Positions 1 through 8,991 of a stretch of 64,000 nucleotides of DNA are shown piece by piece. Position 1 is the first letter of the stretch, and each line of letters starts with the position of its first letter. Source of the DNA: an uncultured Gammaproteobacteria bacterium (GTDB lineage Bacteria; Patescibacteriota; Patescibacteriia; Magasanikbacterales; UBA922); the NCBI GenBank assembly GCA_964519725.1, contig CAZFKS010000001.1, forward strand, positions 119,270 to 183,269. The letters run 5' to 3'. A program made the translations under genes and the position numbers. The notes under the pieces were generated by a model. That model was not told the origin of the DNA. It made no database searches and saw nothing but the letters and a program-made list of their open reading frames with translations.

Positions 1-485
1 TACATATCTTTCATGACAAATTCCCGACCGCGCATAATGCCACTTTTGGCCCGAAGTTCATTGCGTAATTTGGTTTGGAATTGATACACACTGGCTGGTA
101 AGTCGCGGTAACTATTTACAAACTGCTGCATCATTTCCAAAATCGCTTCTTCATGACTCCAGCCAAAACCCACTTCAGTTTCGTCTTTTAACTTTGATTT
201 AAACCACACATCCACCACTTCATCGTCCCAGCGACCAGTCCCCTCCCACGTATCTTTGCGCTGTAAACTACTCATGATAATTTCTTGCCCTTGAATGGCA
301 TTCATTTCTTCGCGCACAATCCGTTTAATATTTTCCAGCACCCGGAGACCAAGCGTGGTGTACGCATAAACACCAGCCATAACTTTATACACAAAACCAG
401 CCTGAATCAGGAGCTGAGCATTTTTGGCGGCTTCGTCAGCTGGAACGGTTTTGCGAGTTTTAGTAAATAATTCAGATTGACGCAT
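1..485 (-). CDS. proS: Proline--tRNA ligase, N-terminal part (runs off the window)
   Basis: Manual translation from ATG at 485: [10 protein letters not shown]...[10 protein letters not shown]...[16 protein letters not shown]...[29 protein letters not shown], matching class II ProRS motifs 1 and 2. Confidence 0.93.
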   Translation of the reverse strand, partial: [161 protein letters not shown]

Positions 486-488
486 ACG

Positions 489-896
489 TTACAGAAAATT
501 AGAATGATTGACCTTGCTCTTTGGCGACAGTGACCAGAACAAAGAAATAACTAGGATAAATAAAGTGAGTAAGAGTGAACCAGTCCAAACTGTCAGCCAC
601 TGTTGGCCAAGGAGAAATAAAGTCAGAGTCAAAAATCCAGCCACAATAAACGCTTCGCGGAAACTTTTGGAAACATAAGCAAAGAGCGGCAGGTCATTAT
701 TCCAGCGGCGCTGATAAATATAAAATAGTAATAATGAACCAGTACCACCAAGGGCCAAAAATAAACTAAAGTAAAAAAACGCAAACCCCCAGGCCCGGCC
801 AGTAGTTGGGTCAATATTAATAAGAGTCAAGCCCCAAGAGAGCCAACAAAGCATGGCCGAAAGAGCCATGGTAATAAGGTATTGCTTAATGGTCAT
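489..896 (-). CDS. Hypothetical membrane protein (about 4 TM helices)
   Basis: 135-aa ORF with four hydrophobic segments; TTGCCA-16-TACAAT promoter 8 nt upstream of the ATG. Confidence 0.75.
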   Translation of the reverse strand: MTIKQYLITMALSAMLCWLSWGLTLINIDPTTGRAWGFAFFYFSLFLALGGTGSLLLFYIYQRRWNNDLPLFAYVSKSFREAFIVAGFLTLTLFLLGQQWLTVWTGSLLLTLFILVISLFWSLSPKSKVNHSNFL

Positions 897-941
897 ACCT
901 GAGTATTGTACTCGCCTGAGGGGCGGTTGGCAAGAGGGTTT

Positions 942-1238
942 TTAGGCTAAATAGCGGATCCGATCCACTTCATTTTTGCCTAATTTTTCATTAATTTTAG
1001 CCACAATTGTGGTTTGATTGACCCGAATTTCCTGCGCCATGGCCGAACTAGCACAACTAACAGTCAAGGTCCGATTTTTCAAAAATAAAGGTTTGGCCTG
1101 AATACTAAGATCGCCAAACAATTCTTTAAACACCTGTTCAGACACTTCCACTACCCCAGCTGATTGCACTTGTTGGCTAAGCGGAGAATTTTTGCCCATT
1201 TTTTCTTTTAACGCGTCTCCGAGTGGAGTAAAAGTCAT
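942..1238 (-). CDS. dciA: DciA/DUF721-family protein (replicative helicase loader)
   Basis: 98 aa with LTVSCASSAMAQEIR...IVAKINEKLG...VDRIRY, typical of the DUF721 KH-like domain. Confidence 0.8.
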   Translation of the reverse strand: MTFTPLGDALKEKMGKNSPLSQQVQSAGVVEVSEQVFKELFGDLSIQAKPLFLKNRTLTVSCASSAMAQEIRVNQTTIVAKINEKLGKNEVDRIRYLA

Positions 1239-1303
1239 AAAAGTTCATTACTTACAAAGTAGCACTTTTAAAAAAAGAGTGCAACTAAAATATACCAAGT
1301 TAG

Positions 1304-4258
1304 CTAAATTCTAAACTCACAAATAGAGCGGAAGTCACAGTGACTGCAGGCAAATTGATTTGGGGTGGCCGCAAAATCGCGCGCATAAATACGGTCAATC
1401 GTGTCCGAAATTTTTCCGCGTAGTTTATCAAGATCAGCCGGATCACCAATAAAACTGGCCTCAGAACCATTGCCTAGGTAGTAAAAAGTCAGCTTGCCAG
1501 TTGGACCAACGTGTCTAAATTCTGGCAAAGCTTCGGCTGCAATTTGGTAGATGAGGAGCTGCTCTTTATCTTCACTGGTTAGCTTTTCTTTTGGTTGTCC
1601 GGTTTTGTAGTCAATAATGTGGAGCGAGCCATCAGGGAGCTGATCCACCCGGTCCATCCGGCCGCGCACAGTGTAATTACCAATCTTAATTTTAAATGGC
1701 ATTTCGAGGCCGACTGGCTGGGTCCAGCGCCCGTCTTGGGCAGCGTAAAATTTTTTCAAAATGTCTTTCCCCTGCTCAAAAAATTTCGTTTGCTGTTGCT
1801 TGCTTTCATACCAATCAGGAATCCAGTGGTTTTGGTACATTTGCAAAAGTTCATCGAGAGTTGGAACTTTTAATTCACTGGTTGGATTTTCGGTTGGGGC
1901 TGGCACATCAAATAATGAGACTTGCGCCGCGCTATTTAATTCTTTCACACGCTGGTAAAAATCCTGCAAAGTCAGGTGAATACTTTGCCCAAAACTAAGA
2001 CTGGCTGAACTTTTGGTTGGCAATTTTAAAATGTGCGCCAGTTTATATTGATAAGGGCAAGTTTCGTACGATTTGATTTGCGAAAAGGAAAATATTGGCG
2101 GAACCTCATACACTGGCGGCGCTGTGTCTCTACCCTCGTTAGATTTAGGGGCATTCTTCCCCACTCCATCAATTATGGCGCGGACAGTGTTATTTTCTGG
2201 AGCCACCAGGCCAGCCTCAACAATAAAACGCGACACTTTTTTACTCCGCACCCCACCATAATTTTGCGCACTCAAAATAAACAAACGTTCTTTGGCGCGT
2301 GTGGCCGCCACGTAAAACAAGCGCCGTTCTTCTTGGTAATGCACATCACCAGTTGGCACAGATTCGTGAATTAATTCTGGCGGCACTTCAATTCCCTCAC
2401 CACGCCGACGCGTTGGAAAGCGCTCTTCAACTACATTTACCAAAAACACATATTTAAATTCCAAACCTTTAGAACTATGCACTGTCAAAATATTGACGCT
2501 GTCTGGCGTGTCTTCCACTGGATTCACTGCCCCGTCATCACCCGCTTCTTGCACGGCCCGAATATATTCAATGAGGTGGGCCACGTGCGCATCAGTGGTG
2601 TTGTCTTCAAAAGCCGCAATTTGATCAAAAAATTGTTTTAAATGGTGAATTTGACGAATAATGGTGCGGTCGCCAGCCAATTCACCTTTGGTTAAATATT
2701 CCAAATACCCACTGCTTTCTAAAAACGAATACAGGAGCGCGGTTGGTTTGGCGGTTTTGCTTTCATTGCAAGCCGCCTCAATTAAACTATGAAGTTTGGC
2801 TAGATGTCCGCGTCCGGTTTCAGTAATATTTTGGCACTCTGGGGCGCGGTGCAAAGCTTCAAAATAACTCCAAGATTTTTTGCGCGCTTCACTTATGAGC
2901 GCCTGAATATCTGTGGCGAGTAAATTAAAAATTGGTAAATGCAACAATCGGAAAATTGATAAATCATCGCGCGTTTGGTGCGCCGCGGTTAAGAGGGCCA
3001 GTGCATCCAGCACAATTGGTTGACGATACAAACCAGCCGCGGATAAAAATTCATACGGAATGCGCGCTGATTCTAGGGCCCGAATAAATGGCTCAGCGTG
3101 ATTATTCGCTCGGACCAAAATTGCAAAATCATCCCACGACGCGGTTTGATCACTTTGTTTTTGGGTGGTTAATAATTCTAGTAATCGGTGGACTTCGTCA
3201 TCGCCAGTGGCGACTTGTTCGTAACACACCGGAATTTGACCAGCTGGCATTTTTTCCCACTCGCGCGCCGCGATTAATTTTTTATTAATTTGCAAAACTG
3301 ACTCCAAGCGTTCTGGATTATTATTTTGAATCACAGTGTAGGCGGTGTCTAAAATTTCTTGGCGTGAGCGAAAATTTTCCGTGAGTACAATGTTGGTAAC
3401 ATTTTTAAAATCATCTTTGAAGCGCAAAATGTTCGAGACTGATGCACCGCGGAAAGCGTAAATCGATTGGTCATCATCCCCCACTACGGTCAGCTGTCCG
3501 CCGGCGGAAATTAATTGCACCAAAACATATTGGGCCCAATTTACGTCCTGAAACTCATCGACCAAAACAAATTTGTAGCGCTTGTTTAGGCGCTCTTTGA
3601 TGCGCGGCCGGTCTTGCAAAAGTTTGACACTGTAATACATCAAGTCACCAAAATCCAGACCACCAGCATCCAGCACTAATTTATTGTAGGCATAGTAGGC
3701 ATTGGCTAGTTCGGTGAGCCGCGATTTTTCGTCTACATTATCGTCGCCACTATCATGCGCGGTATTTTCGGCCAATTCCAAATATTTTTCTGGGGCAATT
3801 AATTCGTCTTTGCACTTGGAGAAATGTGCAAGCAAATCATGAATATATTTGCCTGGGTTCCCAAGTGGGCGGTAATAATCAAGCCCAAGGTCAAAAATAT
3901 TTTTGCGGACTAGTAACCAACTTTCAGTTTCAGTTAAAATTTTAAAATTGCGCGACAAACCAATTTCTGTGCCACACTCGCGCAGTAGTCGCTCAGCAAA
4001 GGCGTGAAAAGTAGAAACCGCCAAATCTAAATAACCAGAATTTAAACGCTCGTCCACGCGCGCAACCAGTTCGTCGGCCGCTTTGTCAGTAAAAGTTAAG
4101 GCCAAAATTTCTTCTGGTTTGGCCAGACCTTGTTCAATTAGGTAAGCAATTTTCTCGGTCAAGACCGTAGTCTTCCCTGTCCCAGCCCCAGCTACAATCA
4201 AAAGCGGACCAGTTACATGTTCCACGGCCGCGCGCTGGGTTTTGGTTAGATTAGCCAT
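1304..4258 (-). CDS. UvrD/PcrA-like SF1A helicase fused to a C-terminal PD-(D/E)XK nuclease with four Cys (AdnAB/AddAB-like)
   Basis: AGAGTGKT, LVDEFQD, VGDDDQSIYAFRGA, TVHSSKGLEF, EERRLFYVAATRAK; C-terminal CPYQY, GRMDRVD..IIDYKTG, CSHCDFRSIC. Confidence 0.9.
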   Translation of the reverse strand: MANLTKTQRAAVEHVTGPLLIVAGAGTGKTTVLTEKIAYLIEQGLAKPEEILALTFTDKAADELVARVDERLNSGYLDLAVSTFHAFAERLLRECGTEIGLSRNFKILTETESWLLVRKNIFDLGLDYYRPLGNPGKYIHDLLAHFSKCKDELIAPEKYLELAENTAHDSGDDNVDEKSRLTELANAYYAYNKLVLDAGGLDFGDLMYYSVKLLQDRPRIKERLNKRYKFVLVDEFQDVNWAQYVLVQLISAGGQLTVVGDDDQSIYAFRGASVSNILRFKDDFKNVTNIVLTENFRSRQEILDTAYTVIQNNNPERLESVLQINKKLIAAREWEKMPAGQIPVCYEQVATGDDEVHRLLELLTTQKQSDQTASWDDFAILVRANNHAEPFIRALESARIPYEFLSAAGLYRQPIVLDALALLTAAHQTRDDLSIFRLLHLPIFNLLATDIQALISEARKKSWSYFEALHRAPECQNITETGRGHLAKLHSLIEAACNESKTAKPTALLYSFLESSGYLEYLTKGELAGDRTIIRQIHHLKQFFDQIAAFEDNTTDAHVAHLIEYIRAVQEAGDDGAVNPVEDTPDSVNILTVHSSKGLEFKYVFLVNVVEERFPTRRRGEGIEVPPELIHESVPTGDVHYQEERRLFYVAATRAKERLFILSAQNYGGVRSKKVSRFIVEAGLVAPENNTVRAIIDGVGKNAPKSNEGRDTAPPVYEVPPIFSFSQIKSYETCPYQYKLAHILKLPTKSSASLSFGQSIHLTLQDFYQRVKELNSAAQVSLFDVPAPTENPTSELKVPTLDELLQMYQNHWIPDWYESKQQQTKFFEQGKDILKKFYAAQDGRWTQPVGLEMPFKIKIGNYTVRGRMDRVDQLPDGSLHIIDYKTGQPKEKLTSEDKEQLLIYQIAAEALPEFRHVGPTGKLTFYYLGNGSEASFIGDPADLDKLRGKISDTIDRIYARDFAATPNQFACSHCDFRSICEFRI

Positions 4259-4290
4259 AGTCACCTTAGAATACCAATAAATTTTAAATA

Positions 4291-4322
4291 AAAAAAGACC
4301 CGCTCTTGCGAGCGAGTCCTTT
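4291..4322 (-). terminator. Intrinsic terminator of the RRM gene
   Basis: GAC(C/T)CGCTC hairpin with an A6 run on the + strand (U-tail on -). Confidence 0.65.
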
Positions 4323-4339
4323 GAATTCCAAACTAGAAA

Positions 4340-4618
4340 CTAGTTGCGGAAATCACGGCGAGGTGGGCGGTCTTCCTTTGGGCGAGCCATGCTCACGCGA
4401 AGTGGGCGACCGTCGAGGTCCTTACCGTCGAGCATATCAATGGCTTTCTGAGCTTCTTCTTCAGTAGACATGTCTACGAAAGCGAAACCACGAGAACGAC
4501 CAGTGAATTTGTCCATAACAATCTTAGCTGAAACTACAGTACCGGCAGCAGCAAAAGCAGCTGAAAGACTTTCGTCAGTTGATTGGTATGAGACGTTGCC
4601 GACATATAAAGTCTGCAT
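4340..4618 (-). CDS. RRM/RNP-1 RNA-binding protein
   Basis: RNP2 LYVGNV and RNP1 RGFAFVDM; TTGACA-17-TATACT promoter about 85 nt upstream. Confidence 0.95.
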   Translation of the reverse strand: MQTLYVGNVSYQSTDESLSAAFAAAGTVVSAKIVMDKFTGRSRGFAFVDMSTEEEAQKAIDMLDGKDLDGRPLRVSMARPKEDRPPRRDFRN

Positions 4619-4762
4619 AACGTGTACCTTATAACAAATAACTTATACCCGCCCCGACCTGTGAAAATTTACCGTGTAACCGGGAAATGGACGATTAGAC
4701 AGAGTATAACACAGCTGACGGGTTTTGTCAACCGCGCATGGATTCGGAAGAAATGGCTAAAA

Positions 4763-5236
4763 TTAGCCCATTTTACTGATTGTGTGAGTCAGAATTTTAC
4801 CCTCATCACCCAAAGTAAACTCGGCGTCAATTTTTTCCCCAGCTAAAACGCGCGGCAGCCAGATTGCATCATCGCGCCACATATTTTCGTAAGGGATTTC
4901 AGTGACCTTATACCAGACAGGCTGCATTTCACTGGTTTCAACCGGTGTACCTGTCCATTCTTCAGCAAAATAAGTAAACACCTGCTGATTCCAGTCTGGG
5001 TCAGGCGTGTAATTAATAGTTATCACCCCAACTTTGGTCAGGGTTAACACTTTAACCCCAATTTCCTCTTCTGCCTCACGAATGGCCGCCGCCTCTGGGG
5101 TCTCGCCAGGCTCGATTTTACCACCAACACCATTCCATTTCCCCATTCCAAAACTACGTTTCTTCATTCCCAAACATAATTCAGTGACACGGCCGTTGTC
5201 TTTTTTTACTAGAAATAACAGGGTGACTTGTTTCAT
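4763..5236 (-). CDS. NUDIX hydrolase, MutT/MTH1-like 8-oxo-dGTP diphosphatase
   Basis: Nudix box GGKIEPGETPEAAAIREAEEEIG preceded by KWNG; MWRDD motif. Confidence 0.9.
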   Translation of the reverse strand: MKQVTLLFLVKKDNGRVTELCLGMKKRSFGMGKWNGVGGKIEPGETPEAAAIREAEEEIGVKVLTLTKVGVITINYTPDPDWNQQVFTYFAEEWTGTPVETSEMQPVWYKVTEIPYENMWRDDAIWLPRVLAGEKIDAEFTLGDEGKILTHTISKMG

Positions 5237-5481
5237 ACAGTACCTTGAATTAAAGCTAATTTTTCAACTCGTGACAATTTTTTAATTTTTGCTTCAGCTT
5301 TTTGCGCCGTAGAACGCGTCCGATATTTTTTAAAATATTTTAATTCTACTGGCCGCCGCGAGCGGGTGTATTTGGCGCCACGATTACTCGAATTATGTTC
5401 CGCAATTCGGCGCTCAACATTAGTTGCAATCCCAGTGTAAAGAGTATTGTCTGCACACCGAGTGATGTACACAAAGTACAT
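5233..5481 (-). CDS. GIY-YIG nuclease family protein (UPF0213/YhbQ-like)
   Basis: YFVYI..C.DNTLYTGIATNVERRIAEHN..GAKYTRSRRPV. Confidence 0.92.
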   Translation of the reverse strand: MYFVYITRCADNTLYTGIATNVERRIAEHNSSNRGAKYTRSRRPVELKYFKKYRTRSTAQKAEAKIKKLSRVEKLALIQGTV

Positions 5482-5484
5482 ATT

Positions 5485-5973
5485 TTAGTTTAAACGAACA
5501 ATGCTAAAGTTAAGGTAGGTTGCGAAACAAACCCACAATAAATATGGGACAAGTAGATACGCCGCTTTACGCGATACACCCCAAAATAAAACAATATTCA
5601 AGGCAATCGCGAGCATTAGCATAATAATTTCGAGTAGTGCTAGCTCTGGACTGCGTAGGCCAAAGAAAATAACTGACCACAAACTATTTAAAACTAATTG
5701 GGCAGCGAACGCAATTAGAGCAAGACGCTTAGTCCGGCGTGACCAGGGCAAAATTGTCCACTGTTTCCAGACCAAATATAAACTAACCCCCATGAGCAGA
5801 TACAAAATTGTCCAGGTCGGTCCAAATAATCCTTCTGGCGGGACCAGAATTCCGGTATTCAAAGTGCGGTACCAGGTTGATAGTGAATCAGTTACAAAAA
5901 CTGCACCGAGCAGGCCAGCCAGTTGCGGGAGGGCAAGAGAAATCAAAAGTTTGGCAGGGTTCGTGAGTTTCAT
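5485..5973 (-). CDS. tspO: TspO/MBR family tryptophan-rich membrane protein
   Basis: WY..L....PP..LFGP.WT.LY, LNSLWS..FFG, LLVPYLLWV.FATYLN. Confidence 0.92.
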   Translation of the reverse strand: MKLTNPAKLLISLALPQLAGLLGAVFVTDSLSTWYRTLNTGILVPPEGLFGPTWTILYLLMGVSLYLVWKQWTILPWSRRTKRLALIAFAAQLVLNSLWSVIFFGLRSPELALLEIIMLMLAIALNIVLFWGVSRKAAYLLVPYLLWVCFATYLNFSIVRLN

Positions 5974-6037
5974 AAGTATAGATTTAGGTGTAGTATATCA
6001 CTTACCTGACCAATTAACACTTACAATGATACTCAAT

Positions 6038-6319
6038 ATGACTGACCCAAATTTAGCCGAAGCCTTAACCCAAAACCCCCTTTTGATTGATGTGCGTACC
6101 ACTGAAGAATTTGCCGAGGGTTCTGTGCCGGGCGCGATTAATATTCCATCACATTTAATTCCCTTGCGTTTGGCCGAAATTCCCAAAGACCGGCCAGTGG
6201 TAGTATTTTGCCAAAGCGGCAGTCGCAGCGGCCTGACCAAACAATTTTTACTCCGAGAAGGCCACACCAATTGCGTGAATGGCGGGGCAATGGCCAATGT
6301 TTTAAACGAACTCCAATAA
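6038..6319 (+). CDS. Rhodanese-like domain protein
   Basis: LIDVRT.EEF..G..PGAINIP and VVFCQSGSRS; start moved to ATG 6038 (or 6026) because the longer ORF overlaps tspO. Confidence 0.85.
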   Translation: MTDPNLAEALTQNPLLIDVRTTEEFAEGSVPGAINIPSHLIPLRLAEIPKDRPVVVFCQSGSRSGLTKQFLLREGHTNCVNGGAMANVLNELQ

Positions 6320-6586
6320 AACTTTGATTGTTTCGCCCTCAAAAATATCTTCGGCTTTACGCACGCCGGCTTTAACAGGTAACAAATATGCCCCTTCTTT
6401 GCTTGGGAAAATTGAGGTTTCCCAGGTGGTTTTGCCAATCGTGGCTTTGACGCGCACCGATCCCCAACCTTTTTTGGGGCGCGGCATGGCTTTAATTTTG
6501 GTCGTGGTTTTCTCATCAATGGTTACAAAATACCAAGCTCCGCTTTCGGCGGGGTATTTCCACAGTTTAGTGTTTAAAGTAAACAT
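6302..6586 (-). CDS. DUF1905-family protein
   Basis: WYFVT...GWGSVRVKATIG.T.W.TSIFP....YLLPVK..VRKAE. Confidence 0.85.
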   Translation of the reverse strand: MFTLNTKLWKYPAESGAWYFVTIDEKTTTKIKAMPRPKKGWGSVRVKATIGKTTWETSIFPSKEGAYLLPVKAGVRKAEDIFEGETIKVLLEFV

Positions 6587-6588
6587 AC

Positions 6589-8430
6589 TTAACCCACATG
6601 GTCTTTAAAATATTTTTCCGCTTCTTTATCCATAAAGTATACATAACAGCCTTTCATTCCGCGGGTCATGAGGGTGCGATAGGTATTTTTAATAATGGCA
6701 TTGGCTTTTTTAGTAGCTGCATCAGGGTCGATCTTGTGCAAAGTTTTAAAACCTTTAAGTGAGGTGTCAGTTTTGGCGCGGCCCTCTGGTACGCCAATTA
6801 CTTGGCCATTTCTCACAATTAAATCAGGACCAACAATTACGCCAATGTAATCAATTTCCAGGCCTTGGGCTGAATGAATGCAACCAACATCCTCCACTGA
6901 GGTTGGTGAAATAATCCAGGTATTGCGTTCACTATTTAAATTCCAGCGCATAGTAAAATTATGTTCTCGAATTTTAATATCCAGCAAATCTGGATTTTTC
7001 TCACTAATCCAATCCCAACACCGACCCGCTACAATCCGCGCTTTATTTCGTTCTTTATTTTTCTCGCGAATCAACTCTTGTAATTCTTGTGGTGAGTCAA
7101 CCACGCGAAAATCAAAGTCACCCGTTAATTGTGTGCCAGTATTTTTAATTTGCAAAGTATTGTCGAGCCAATCCAAAAAATTATCTGAGCCACCACACCG
7201 AAATTGAGAATTTAATTCTAAATAATGAATCCGCGCGCCGGCATTGGCCGCGCAGTGTTCAATTTCCACTTGACTACCAAAGTCATTCCAGGTCACTTTT
7301 TGGTCTTCATCTAAGAAAAATATAGAGCATTTGGCAGCCTGAATAATTTCGCGTACCTGATTACCGCCTTTTTTGCCATACATGCCAGTGCGTTCGTTCA
7401 GGCGGTGGGCTTCGTCTACAATCAAGGCTTCAAAAGTATTTGGCGCGATATTTTGGTAAGCACCAGAACCAGAAAAGAGTGCGCAAAATTCTTTAAAAGT
7501 CATTTTGTCCTTGAGCATGTGCTCATATACGGCGCGCGGCGCCGCGTTTTTGGTTACATATTGCGCGGCTTTCTGGGTACGGATTAGATTGATAAGTAAA
7601 TTAATCGCGACCACTGACTTCCCTGTCCCAGGCCCACCTTTAACAATTACCACCTGTTTATCTTTTGGTTTATTTACTAATTCCAAAATCGTTTCAAAAA
7701 CCACTTTTTGGTCATCAATCATGGTAAATTCTTCTTCGTTGTAAAGCGCGGCGGGCATTTGTTCGGCCACGCTGTGTGAGGGCTTAATCGCGCTTTGTTC
7801 AATTTTTTCTAAAATATCAGCAGCGCCAAATTGTAAGCGCTCGGCAATAAATTTTCTAAAAATATTTTCTTCACCTTTAAAAAATAAAGGTGCTTGATCC
7901 ACATATTCTTTATAAAAAATATTATCAATCACGCCATCCCGTTCATAATTGTGCAAATACACGCACGGCGTGACCACAATATTTTCCTGATGAATAACTT
8001 CAGTAAATCCGCGCAGTAAATTAGCATATACCAAAGCCTGATATGACGGATGAGCCACTTCCCTCTCAGTCGCACCCACAAAAGCTTTAATAACTCCGTC
8101 TTTTATAGTCATTTCAGCCGAGGTCCATTGCTTAAGCTCAATAATAACCACTTGATCTTTTTTCTCTTTATTTAGACCATACAAAATCACATCAATGCGT
8201 TTTCCTGTTGGCCGAACTTGATACTCAATCCCAATTTCCATATCACCCGGAATTTCTGGGGTATTCAAAACCTTACCCAGTGCTCCGAGCGATTGCTTCC
8301 ACGACTCCACTTCCCGTGCTCCACCGCCTCGGCCGAAATTCGCTTTCACCTTAGCCAAAACAATCGCCTCAATACGATTATTTTGTAGGTTCTCTAGAAA
8401 TTTAGTTTTGGTAGTGAGGTGGGAGATCAT
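6589..8430 (-). CDS. DUF2075 (Schlafen group-3-like) helicase with an N-terminal nuclease-like domain
   Basis: RIDVIL..VIIELKQW, HPSYQA, Walker A GGPGTGKS, Walker B IVDEAH, SQFRC, VGCIHSAQGLE.DY.GV, NTYRTLMTRG.KG. Confidence 0.85.
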   Translation of the reverse strand: MISHLTTKTKFLENLQNNRIEAIVLAKVKANFGRGGGAREVESWKQSLGALGKVLNTPEIPGDMEIGIEYQVRPTGKRIDVILYGLNKEKKDQVVIIELKQWTSAEMTIKDGVIKAFVGATEREVAHPSYQALVYANLLRGFTEVIHQENIVVTPCVYLHNYERDGVIDNIFYKEYVDQAPLFFKGEENIFRKFIAERLQFGAADILEKIEQSAIKPSHSVAEQMPAALYNEEEFTMIDDQKVVFETILELVNKPKDKQVVIVKGGPGTGKSVVAINLLINLIRTQKAAQYVTKNAAPRAVYEHMLKDKMTFKEFCALFSGSGAYQNIAPNTFEALIVDEAHRLNERTGMYGKKGGNQVREIIQAAKCSIFFLDEDQKVTWNDFGSQVEIEHCAANAGARIHYLELNSQFRCGGSDNFLDWLDNTLQIKNTGTQLTGDFDFRVVDSPQELQELIREKNKERNKARIVAGRCWDWISEKNPDLLDIKIREHNFTMRWNLNSERNTWIISPTSVEDVGCIHSAQGLEIDYIGVIVGPDLIVRNGQVIGVPEGRAKTDTSLKGFKTLHKIDPDAATKKANAIIKNTYRTLMTRGMKGCYVYFMDKEAEKYFKDHVG

Positions 8431-8438
8431 TTTAAAAT

Positions 8439-8990
8439 TTACCTTGAAATAGTATCAAAATTTTGCAATTCTTTTCTTATATCAGCATACTTAGGCATGG
8501 CTCTAGCAACCAATTCCCAAAATTTCTTAGAATGATTTAATTCTTTTAAATGACATAGCTCATGCACGACAATATAATCCACCAAATAATCTGGCAAAAA
8601 CAAAATTTTATAATTAAAATTAAGATTCTTTTGTCCGGAACAACTCCCCCATTTAGTACTCTGTTGCTTAATACTAATGCGGTTATAAGAAAAATTATAC
8701 AATTCATTATAATGTACAACTCTTTCCTTAATTAATTTCCTAGCACGTTTAGCACAGGCATGATAATTTGTTTGTGGAAAATCCCTAGAGATTTCCTTCT
8801 TTTCTTTTTTTTGGAAAAACAAAATTTTAGACTTGATCCATTCGGCTTTTTCAGTGATGTATTTTTCCACCCCAGACAAATCAAATCCTTTTGGTACAAC
8901 CACTGAAACTCGAGCATCACAATTCACAACGATTCTTAGTCGCCGTGCTCGTTCACTTTCTTTAACCGAGTAAGCAATGCCGTGAGACAT
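8439..8990 (-). CDS. YgjP/DUF45-like zinc metallopeptidase (M48-like)
   Basis: KWGSCS, DYIVVHELCHL (HExxH), NHSKKFW. Confidence 0.92.
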   Translation of the reverse strand: MSHGIAYSVKESERARRLRIVVNCDARVSVVVPKGFDLSGVEKYITEKAEWIKSKILFFQKKEKKEISRDFPQTNYHACAKRARKLIKERVVHYNELYNFSYNRISIKQQSTKWGSCSGQKNLNFNYKILFLPDYLVDYIVVHELCHLKELNHSKKFWELVARAMPKYADIRKELQNFDTISR

Positions 8991-8991
8991 G

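Noticed and set aside
1304-2100. Cas4-like nuclease as evidence of CRISPR-Cas
   Set aside because: It is the fused C-terminal domain of a UvrD-like repair helicase
5998-6519. 173-aa minus-strand ORF
   Set aside because: Overlaps both the DUF1905 and rhodanese genes, which have clear family motifs
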